A stretch of DNA of 64,000 nt. It comes from Candidatus Poribacteria bacterium. Lineage in GTDB: Bacteria; Poribacteria; WGA-4E; WGA-3G. The stretch covers positions 2,720,001 to 2,784,000 of the forward strand of contig CBDANF010000003.1 in assembly GCA_965197475.1 (NCBI GenBank), read 5' to 3'. Within the stretch, counting starts at the first letter, position 1. Every line of letters begins with the position of its first letter. The notes beneath the pieces are model-generated. The model saw only the letters and a program-made list of their open reading frames with translations, did no database searches and was not told the origin of the DNA. Below, in pieces: positions 1 to 7,762 of the stretch. A program made the position numbers and the translations under genes.

Positions 1-457
1 TACCGTAATGAAATCCGCTTTGAAGTGCAGGCGCGATTTCTTTATTCGTCCCACGAAGTTCTGGCTGTATACGTATATCAGTCTTTTGTTTGGAAACAAG
101 GTGCGAATCCTGTGGGTGTATTCGTGCTAATTCAGATCGAAATTCACGCTTGAGTTGCTCTAATAATTTTCTGTCTATAGGTGATACAGTGACCGTACCT
201 GTGCTAATCCTTGCTTCAGCGCGTTGGATAATTTTTGCCACATCATCACGCGAAAGTGGCAAAGAATACCGATGAAAACCACCTGTGATACCTGCTATCT
301 CCAGTTTAGCAAGTGCATCAATCACCCAACCGTCAAAGTTAAGCGGTATACTCGGCGCAGCTTGAACTGAAAACAAAATGAGTAGCATCAATAAGAAAAT
401 AGCGTAGAGAAGCAACGCGTAATTCTTACACACTACGGTAAAATCTTGCGAGTTCAT
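1..457 (-). CDS. Exported protein, N-terminal part only (runs off the window); possibly capsule-assembly Wzi-like
   Basis: Manual translation from ATG at 457 (ATGA overlap with the nadE stop) gives [56 protein letters not shown]...[12 protein letters not shown]. Signal peptide present; the Wzi resemblance is weak. Confidence 0.55.
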   Translation of the reverse strand, partial: MNSQDFTVVCKNYALLLYAIFLLMLLILFSVQAAPSIPLNFDGWVIDALAKLEIAGITGGFHRYSLPLSRDDVAKIIQRAEARISTGTVTVSPIDRKLLEQLKREFRSELARIHPQDSHLVSKQKTDIRIQPELRGTNKEIAPALQSGFHYG

Positions 458-2559
458 TCAGTTTCCAACTCCTCTAACATCTTATCAATTTTACGAAACT
501 GCCAACCCCATCGTGTATTATATAAGAATTGTCGTAGGTCAAATCGGTTGTCATCAGGCGAATAGGGTTCGGCGTGGTATGCAGGGGTTAATGTCGTCAT
601 CTTATGCCGATTAATAGCGTAGTAGCGGAAAAACCTTTTGACCTTCTCTGCTACTTCACCGGCAGGTAGATGATTCCATTCCTGAACAAGTTTTTCAAAC
701 ATACTGACAGGACCACACCGATGCACTTTTCGGAGCTGTCCGAAACGACTCAACTCGGTGTATGTCATTCCCATATCTTCTTCATCGGTTTGAGTGTAGG
801 TCTCAGTGATAGGTTCTAATTCAGCAGTTGGCGGTGCCTCAAGGATAGTGCCGAGGCTTGGATAACCGAGATGCTCCGCTGCCCAGCGCAGAAAACTACG
901 TAGATCCGTTTTGCTGATACTTCCAATCGGATTGATGTCGGCACTACTACAATCATATTTCGTCAGATAACCACGCAACGCCTCGTCAACATTACCTGTG
1001 CCTAAGACAAGAAGCGTGCCGCGCCTATTACGAACCCACGGCAACGTCTGTGCAAAAAGATAACTGATGACCATCCGCAGACGCGCCTGTATGTTTTGAA
1101 GTGCCTGATTCTCTATCGTGCTTCCGCCTTCGGTCTTGAACTGAGGCGTTTTGCCGGTTATACCAAAAAACAGTTTTCGCAAAGCACCCACAAGGGACTC
1201 CATGTTGATATCAAGATGATAGCTTCCAATTTCACTCGCCAACTGTTTTGCGCGATGCCGTGTTTCACGAGAACTGTTTGCTGTCCCTATGTAGCAAGTA
1301 TAGAGCAGCTGATTTGCAATATATTGCGCTGCGGGCTGCGGATCACTAAAATCGGTTTTGATTTTTTCTACACATTCGGCACCAAGCAACGTTTCTGCAT
1401 CACGGATAACGTGCGGCATATCAGCAAGAATCGCTTTTGCAACGAGTTGACACATAGAACCGACAAGCGTCGCAACAGCACCGCTATCCGAACCGCCCGA
1501 AAGCGGAACGAAAAAGCCTGCTGCTTCGGAACGCCTCAGATAATCCCAAAGCCAACATGCCGGACCAAGCGCAATCTCTTCTTCAGGCGTGTGAATGTTG
1601 AGGTCAACCTTCGGAACGGTGACAGAACGTTTTTCAACATCTGTCACCTTAAAATCAGCATAAATTTGCGGAATAGAAACCCCATGACTTGCCTGCACTG
1701 CTCCACTCATTCTTGAACCGCGATAGGATCGCACATCCCGTAAATCAACAGTCGCTGTGACAACTTCAACATCATTGATAGAAAATTGTGAGCCTTGTGT
1801 GAGGATGTGTCCGTTTTGCGCTATCGTTGCGCAACCATCGAAATAGAGCCTGCCACCATCACAGCCCTGCTGATTCGCATAAAGGTAAACCCCGCCACAT
1901 TTTTCTGTCGCATTTCGAATCAGCGATAGACGCGTATCAAGTTTGCGAAGTTCGTGATGTGAACCCGATCCATTGGCAATTATCTCAACGCCGTTATATG
2001 CAAGATCAATATGCGGGGAGTGCGGTGCAAACAACTCTTCACAGGTTTCCGATGCCAAAACTGTATCGTGTGTCACAATGACGGCGCACCCTATCGGCAC
2101 AGTACGATTCGGTGTGATTTCGAGGATCTCAGGCGGCACCTGAAAAGGTTCCGTTGTCCATCCTTTTTGCCATGCGGTAAACCAACGTGGCTCCCGATAG
2201 TTCCCTTCAGCAGCAAGCACCAATTTTGGACGAATTAGAAGAATCTTCCCATCACAGACAAACACGCGGCAGTTGTAACGCACACTTTTGTGCATGACCG
2301 GCATCCCAATATCGCACAAGATACCGTTGGTATGCCCACCGATTATGATCCGTGCCAGGGATTCCCAACTATGACGTAACGTATCTTCTTCAAGGAAATG
2401 ATCTTCACATGAATAACCCGTTATCTCAAGTTCAGGACCGAGCCGATAGCGCGCTCCTGTCGCTTTAGCACGTTCAATCGATTCAATGATGCGATCACAA
2501 TTTCCCTCAAAGTCAAGTGCCCACTGATTCAGGTTGCACGTTGCAAGTGTTGTTTTCAT
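454..2559 (-). CDS. nadE: Glutamine-dependent NAD(+) synthetase, eukaryote-type (NADSYN1/QNS1-like)
   Basis: N-terminal nitrilase-fold glutaminase ([18 protein letters not shown]); synthetase P-loop PLSGGSDS; QNIQARLRM; [12 protein letters not shown]. Start taken at MKTTL. Confidence 0.95.
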   Translation of the reverse strand: MKTTLATCNLNQWALDFEGNCDRIIESIERAKATGARYRLGPELEITGYSCEDHFLEEDTLRHSWESLARIIIGGHTNGILCDIGMPVMHKSVRYNCRVFVCDGKILLIRPKLVLAAEGNYREPRWFTAWQKGWTTEPFQVPPEILEITPNRTVPIGCAVIVTHDTVLASETCEELFAPHSPHIDLAYNGVEIIANGSGSHHELRKLDTRLSLIRNATEKCGGVYLYANQQGCDGGRLYFDGCATIAQNGHILTQGSQFSINDVEVVTATVDLRDVRSYRGSRMSGAVQASHGVSIPQIYADFKVTDVEKRSVTVPKVDLNIHTPEEEIALGPACWLWDYLRRSEAAGFFVPLSGGSDSGAVATLVGSMCQLVAKAILADMPHVIRDAETLLGAECVEKIKTDFSDPQPAAQYIANQLLYTCYIGTANSSRETRHRAKQLASEIGSYHLDINMESLVGALRKLFFGITGKTPQFKTEGGSTIENQALQNIQARLRMVISYLFAQTLPWVRNRRGTLLVLGTGNVDEALRGYLTKYDCSSADINPIGSISKTDLRSFLRWAAEHLGYPSLGTILEAPPTAELEPITETYTQTDEEDMGMTYTELSRFGQLRKVHRCGPVSMFEKLVQEWNHLPAGEVAEKVKRFFRYYAINRHKMTTLTPAYHAEPYSPDDNRFDLRQFLYNTRWGWQFRKIDKMLEELETE

Positions 2560-2634
2560 ATTTTTACACAATTAGTAGTTTTGCGATTAAACCTTAACAA
2601 AAATCCCTTGCTTTTTCTTTTTTAGCATTTTTAT

Positions 2635-2664
2635 TTGACATTTTGACAATTTTTGTGGTATCAT
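2635..2664 (+). promoter_or_regulatory. Putative sigma70 promoter directed into the tRNA-like element (antisense to it)
   Basis: TTGACA (2635-2640), 18-nt spacer, TG-g-TATCAT (2659-2664). Confidence 0.5.
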
Positions 2665-2681
2665 ATTTATGTTCAGAGTAA

Positions 2682-2789
2682 AAACCGCTGAACACCTTAT
2701 GGAGGAGGCGGGAATCGAACCCGCGAAAAATGAGTGCTAACCCCATATCCAGAACCATCTCTCCCCCATATTTAGGTGTTCAGCGGTTT
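2682..2789. repeat. Perfect 16-bp inverted repeat enclosing the tRNA-like element
   Basis: aaaccgctgaacacct (2682-2697) and aggtgttcagcggttt (2774-2789). Confidence 0.9.
2700..2767 (-). ncRNA. tRNA-like / tmRNA-TLD-like small RNA
   Basis: Minus strand GGGGGAG...CTCCTCC-A forms a 7-bp acceptor stem with G3-U70 and A73; canonical T-arm GCGGG-TTCGATT-CCCGC; hairpin ATGGG-GTTAGCA-CTCAT; no clear D-stem; CCA not encoded. Confidence 0.65.
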
Positions 2790-2793
2790 CATT

Positions 2794-2822
2794 ATTATAA
2801 TACATTTTCTGCCTGTTTGCAA
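2794..2822 (-). promoter_or_regulatory. Putative sigma70 promoter for the tRNA-like RNA and nadE
   Basis: Minus strand TTGCAA-17 nt-TATAAT; predicted start site ~2787, inside the right IR arm. Confidence 0.65.
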
Positions 2823-3053
2823 ATTAACACCCCAAATTTATCTTTAAAAAAAGTGCTATAAATCCTTATGTAGACTACATTTTGGCTTGATTTAATTCTA
2901 ATTGAGTCAAAAAACAGCCTAATTAGACAACAAAATTACCATAAACCCAGTATTCATGCGCTGCGGAATATAGGTTTTATAGTTATCAGTCATCAGCATT
3001 CAGCAAAGAGGGCTTCTCTTAACTAACTGCTGATTGCTGACCGCCGATGACTA

Positions 3054-4367
3054 TCATGTCTTTTGCGGCTTTTTACGAGCGGCAGGAAACAAGATATTAT
3101 TTAATATCAACCGATAACCCGGTGAATGCTTGTGTAGGTCTAAATTCGTAGGAATCTTCCCCTCACCAACGAGGTGACGGTAATCCTCAGGGTCATGTCC
3201 ACCGAGGAACGTAAAAGTCCCCTTCCCTAAAGTGCCGTGAATATACTTGGCATAATTCGTCCCTTCAATTTTTGCTAAAATCGTAACAGATGGGTGAATC
3301 CTGTCCAAATTAAAAGATGTTGTCTGTCCAAGATAACCGCGAACCTCCGAAACATGGTTTTGTGTGAGCATTGTCGGAATAGGATCATGTTTAGCAGAAA
3401 ATTCAAACAGTTGAAAATCCTCAACACCGGTCTGTGGGCTCCGATCAGGATTCGGATTGTCAACGTCTGAGAACTCATAACGATTCGGGTTCGGGTAAAG
3501 CGTGAAATTCTTGAAAGCGAACGTTCGTTCAAAATCCAATAAATTTTGGAAATCGGGTGCCATCGGGGTAGCGTCTAAAACAGGGTCAACAATATCAATT
3601 GTCCCACCTTTTGCAGCCAAAGCAATGTCCAAAGTTTCGGGTGCTGAACACATAGCAAATATAAATCCACCCTTTGCCACATAATCGGCGATATCCAATG
3701 CGGTTTGACCTTTGTGGCGAGAGACACTCTTAAATCCTGCTTCTTTTGCTGCACCTTCAAATAACGCCATCCGTTGCTGATACCACACTTGATGTGAAAA
3801 AGAGCCATGAAATTTCCCGTGTTGCCCCGAGAAATCTTCATGATGTAAGTGAAGCCAATCGTAGCCTTCTGTATGCAATGCCCCGCGCTGCACCTCTTTG
3901 TCCCAGATTTGGTCATAAGGAATTTCCGCATAATCCAGCGCAAGTTTCACTGCATCGTCCCACGGATCACGATATACGGATGCTCCAGGTGGCGCATACA
4001 CAGCAATTCTTGGGGCTTTTTCTAATAATATCTCATCCATATTGCTCGTTTCAATGATAGTCTCTTTGATTGTTTGATATTCTACATTGCTCATCGGTTC
4101 AAAAGAGACACCCATCTGTGTTGCCCGTGCTCGCACATCCGCCGCATCGGGAATCACAAATGCACCGCCCCGATAATTCAGCCACCAATAACATTGATAT
4201 TCACGCGGCACCTCTAATGCCCAATATGTCAATCCATAAGCTTTCAGATGGTTCGTCTGTTTCTGCTCCATCGGTACAAGCAAATATTGTGCTGAGGCGG
4301 TAGACATAATCATTGTAAGGCAAACTATTATCAGGAAAGAAAGCGCGAACTTGTTTAGTTTATACAT
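3054..4367 (-). CDS. Conserved secreted hypothetical protein (glutamine amidotransferase-like fold; family often labelled asparagine synthetase B)
   Basis: Signal peptide; motifs NHLKAYG, WLNYRGG, PWDDAV, DWLHLHHEDF, FAMCSA, GGHDPEDY, HSPGYRLILNN. Confidence 0.65.
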   Translation of the reverse strand: MYKLNKFALSFLIIVCLTMIMSTASAQYLLVPMEQKQTNHLKAYGLTYWALEVPREYQCYWWLNYRGGAFVIPDAADVRARATQMGVSFEPMSNVEYQTIKETIIETSNMDEILLEKAPRIAVYAPPGASVYRDPWDDAVKLALDYAEIPYDQIWDKEVQRGALHTEGYDWLHLHHEDFSGQHGKFHGSFSHQVWYQQRMALFEGAAKEAGFKSVSRHKGQTALDIADYVAKGGFIFAMCSAPETLDIALAAKGGTIDIVDPVLDATPMAPDFQNLLDFERTFAFKNFTLYPNPNRYEFSDVDNPNPDRSPQTGVEDFQLFEFSAKHDPIPTMLTQNHVSEVRGYLGQTTSFNLDRIHPSVTILAKIEGTNYAKYIHGTLGKGTFTFLGGHDPEDYRHLVGEGKIPTNLDLHKHSPGYRLILNNILFPAARKKPQKT

Positions 4368-4533
4368 AGATACACCTCATACCATATCTGTAGCAAAATC
4401 AAAAAATTTACCTATCATTTTCCTCGTAATTTGTGATTTTAAATTTTAATTATTTTAGCATGAGTTCTAAATAAGCATTCAAGCGTAAGGTAGAATACCA
4501 AATCAACACACGTTGTAAGCATGTTTAGTCTAT

Positions 4534-4685
4534 CGCTCCAGCGGAGCGAAATGTTTATAGAAAAGAGTTAGTTCTTTCTTCCGCTCCAGCGGAGCGGTAT
4601 GTGGTGTCATTACACATAGCACTCCGCTGGAGTGCTATAACTTGGAATCACGTTTTCTATAGACATAGCACTCCGCTGGAGTGCG
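4534..4685. repeat. REP-like palindrome cluster
   Basis: cgctccagcggagcg twice, then catagcactccgctggagtgc twice in opposite orientation; the first half recurs at 5101-5168. Confidence 0.8.
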
Positions 4686-5038
4686 GAAAAAGATTTGTTA
4701 CCAATATGAATCGTGTCGGGTACCTCTAAATCCTTAAAGTTGAACCCACGTTATCTTGGATTTCGGGTGCTGTATGAAATTAGGCTATGTCTGCGTTTTT
4801 TATCTGTATATTCGCCTGTAAACTTTATAGCTGCGCCACCGACAAATTCTTTTGATGCCTTATGAATAATATCGCGTGACGGGCTATGAACTTGAACGAT
4901 ACCAGATATAAGCTGAGTTGTATTCTCACAAATTTCAGGTTTAACGATAAATAACCATTGGTTTGGATATTTCTCAACATTTCTTTGACCGTTAGCCGCT
5001 TATTATCCACTGCAAAACTCATAGTTATCTCCTATTAT

Positions 5039-5245
5039 AACCCAAGTTGCTACCTTTTGAAAATCAATCAATTCCCTTATCGTTAGGGTGTTTAATCTTT
5101 CGCTCCAGCGGAGCGAAATGTTTATAGAAAAAGTGAGTCCTTATCCTCCGCTCCAGCGGAGCGGTATGTCCAGTAACTGTGAGTAGCACTTATCTGAAAA
5201 TTCTGTGTAGATGACATTTTCATGTTATAGGTGGCAACTTGGGTT
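5039..5245. mobile_element. MITE carrying a REP pair
   Basis: TIRs aacccaagttgctacct / aggtggcaacttgggtt (16/17), flanked by direct repeat ATTAT (5034-5038, 5246-5250); a solo end occurs at ~35418. Confidence 0.7.
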
Positions 5246-5310
5246 ATTATACAATAAAAATACGCAATTAGTAGTTTTGGACATGATAAAATTTGATAAT
5301 TTTAGTGTAT

Positions 5311-6336
5311 TTATGACAGTAATTCATTTATTGTTATTAATTGGGGATTAAATTTTTCGAAACCCAATGGTGTAAGTTTTAATTTATTCATATATTCATA
5401 GTTTATATTTTTGCATATTTCTATTAAGTCTTTATCGTCTGAAGCAAAAATATCACAGAATGGCAAGTGTAATATGTATCTTATATCTCTTGTAAAATTT
5501 GTGCCTTTAGTTTGTATGATAAATTTGCATTTTTCTATATTGAAATACAGAAAATATATATAGTAGCAGAAAAAAGTATAAGGGTATCTTTGGCTTATTT
5601 TTATGTTGTTGTTAATTGTTTCTTTTATCTCTTGTGTTTCTTTTTCTGTTAGTTTTGCGATTGGTGCTATTGCATTAATGCTGTTTGTTGTATTTCTGTT
5701 AAAAATAGTTTCTATGTCTATTATTAATGCATGAAACATTTTTTGCATTATTTCTTTTTTAAATTTCTTATCATTGTTTTTGATATTGTCCCTAATAAAT
5801 TTTATCAAATCATTATTTATATTTTCATCGCCGTATTTTAATAAGTATTTTTGTAGTTTTTCAATATACCTTTTTTGATTTATGCGTGGGTCTCCTAATT
5901 GGCCTATTATTTCAGCAAATTCAATTATATAATTAGAGGCTTGATTGTTTTCGAAAAACTTTTTTAAAATTTCAAATATCTTTTCTTCTTCTTCAAATTG
6001 TTGTTTGGCATACTGGTTCAGGTTTTTGATTTCACGTTTTAAATCTTCTGTTTCACCTATTTGGGCATAAGTCATTTTCGTTATCGGTATATTTTCTATA
6101 ATTTCTTTTTTTATTATTTCTGGTGTTGTATCATAACATACATGGTATTCTAATCTTATTTTTGATTGAATAAATTCATCTATTTTTTCTTTGCCATATT
6201 TTATTGATCCTATTAATAATTCAAAACTCAGTATAGGACTATACCTAATATCATATAACGAATGTAAAAAACTAATTTCTTCTTGTTTTAGTGTTTGTAG
6301 CGACGATTTGTCTAATAGTAGTATTTGTTTTCTCAT
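5311..6336 (-). CDS. Very AT-rich hypothetical protein with PIN-like acidic motifs
   Basis: ATG at 6336 with AAGGAG SD inside the MTase 3' end; motifs LLLDKS, SPILSFEL, RDIRY..LPFCDIFASDDK; visibly much lower GC than flanking DNA. Confidence 0.65.
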   Translation of the reverse strand: MRKQILLLDKSSLQTLKQEEISFLHSLYDIRYSPILSFELLIGSIKYGKEKIDEFIQSKIRLEYHVCYDTTPEIIKKEIIENIPITKMTYAQIGETEDLKREIKNLNQYAKQQFEEEEKIFEILKKFFENNQASNYIIEFAEIIGQLGDPRINQKRYIEKLQKYLLKYGDENINNDLIKFIRDNIKNNDKKFKKEIMQKMFHALIIDIETIFNRNTTNSINAIAPIAKLTEKETQEIKETINNNIKISQRYPYTFFCYYIYFLYFNIEKCKFIIQTKGTNFTRDIRYILHLPFCDIFASDDKDLIEICKNINYEYMNKLKLTPLGFEKFNPQLITINELLS

Positions 6337-6340
6337 GTGA

Positions 6341-7705
6341 TTACAACACTCCTTGCTCTTTAAGTTTAGCAATAAGTTCTGCCTGCGTTCCAGTGCCTTT
6401 AGTAGAATTACAAGCCCCACAGAGAAGTTGCAAGTTATCCTTGTGGTCTGTGCCACCGTGTTTTTGTGGGACAATATGATCTACAGTCAAATTACGGAAT
6501 GGAAAATGAGTTCGGCAGCCATTGCAGACACCTTCCTGTTTACCATAAAGTGTGTGTTTGTGGGTTTGGTAATTAGGCAATTTCTCACTGCGCTTGGGTA
6601 TATCGGTTCGGTGTGTTACATCATAAAACATTCCAAGTTCTTTCTTAAGACGCATTTTGACAAGTTCTACGGCTTTTTCTGATATATCAATACCGATCCA
6701 CTGACGGTTTAGACGCTCTGCTGCCACGCAGGTTGTTGCACAACCGCAGAAGGGGTCTAATACCATATCACCTTCTTTTGATGATGCCTTGATTATCCGT
6801 TCTAATAATGCTAATGGTTTTTGTGTGGGGTAGCCTGTTTTTTCGTTTCCTAATACTGGCTGTATATCTGTCCATAAATTATTTGCTGGCATTCCTTCCT
6901 TTAAACGGTGTTTACGATATACTTTTCCGTTGGCAAAATCAAGTTCACCTTCTTCATCTAATTTTTGTAGTGTTGATTTTTTTACAGTCCATCCGCTTGG
7001 GTTTGGCGGATAAAATCCTTTATATTCATAGCAAAGATTTGGACGCTCTCCTAATCCAGGAGGTCTGAATGGATTTCGTCTTTCATATTTTCCTTTTTCA
7101 TCTTTAAATTTGAATTTTTTTAGATATTCTTCACTGAATGGAATAAGGTCTGAATTTATATCAAATTTACTATTATGATATGCGTAATATAGAATTTGGT
7201 CTGTTGACGTGCCGTATGATTTTTCTTTATACTGTGTTGTTTTACCTGCTCCCTGTATGCGTTGCCAAACAATTTCATTTCTAAAGTTTTCTTTACCAAA
7301 AACACTATCCATAAGAATTTTTAGATAGTGACTTGCTGTTGGATCACAATGAAGGTATATACTTCCTGTATCTTTCAAAACACGTTTCATCTCAAGCAGG
7401 CGGATTGACATCATTATTAGATATGATTTCATTCCCTTTCCGTGTGTTATTTCTGATGTCTGTATTGCCTGATATAAAGCGGGTTCACGGTCTGCGATTT
7501 CGCCGTGCCAAGCATTGTCAACGTCTGATAGTGTCCACGTATCCTTAAACGCTGCACCAGCAGCTTCACTGCCAATTGGAGCTGCGTAATTTCGGTTGGA
7601 ATTGAAAGGTGGATCAAGGTATATTAGATCTGCGGACTGGGTGTCCAAACCACGCAATATATGTAAATTATCATTACTAAAGATTGTACGATTATTAACA
7701 TTCAT
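6341..7705 (-). CDS. N6A/N4C DNA methyltransferase (beta class) fused to a C-terminal HNH endonuclease
   Basis: DPPF motif IV precedes YPTQKP and DPFCGCATT (motif I); C-terminal CNGC...VDHIVP...GG...NLQLLCGACN. Confidence 0.9.
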   Translation of the reverse strand: MNVNNRTIFSNDNLHILRGLDTQSADLIYLDPPFNSNRNYAAPIGSEAAGAAFKDTWTLSDVDNAWHGEIADREPALYQAIQTSEITHGKGMKSYLIMMSIRLLEMKRVLKDTGSIYLHCDPTASHYLKILMDSVFGKENFRNEIVWQRIQGAGKTTQYKEKSYGTSTDQILYYAYHNSKFDINSDLIPFSEEYLKKFKFKDEKGKYERRNPFRPPGLGERPNLCYEYKGFYPPNPSGWTVKKSTLQKLDEEGELDFANGKVYRKHRLKEGMPANNLWTDIQPVLGNEKTGYPTQKPLALLERIIKASSKEGDMVLDPFCGCATTCVAAERLNRQWIGIDISEKAVELVKMRLKKELGMFYDVTHRTDIPKRSEKLPNYQTHKHTLYGKQEGVCNGCRTHFPFRNLTVDHIVPQKHGGTDHKDNLQLLCGACNSTKGTGTQAELIAKLKEQGVL

Positions 7706-7762
7706 TTATTATTTCCTGATAAGAAATTTCCAAAACATAACGGACATAACAATAGCCACACC

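Noticed and set aside
2700-2767. Canonical tRNA-Leu(TAG), or an att-site remnant of ssrA
   Set aside because: No U8, D-stem or long variable arm, and the loop is atypical. Both acceptor strands are present and no integrase is nearby, so it is not a simple 3' att duplication.
4534-4685. Possible CRISPR array from spaced short palindromes (also 28300-28450)
   Set aside because: Only two units per orientation, arranged as inverted pairs; copies are dispersed in intergenic regions; no cas genes. A REP/BIME-type cluster fits better.
4825-5022. 65-aa stand-alone ORF between repeats
   Set aside because: A possible SD is present, but there is no motif or other support; left uncalled.
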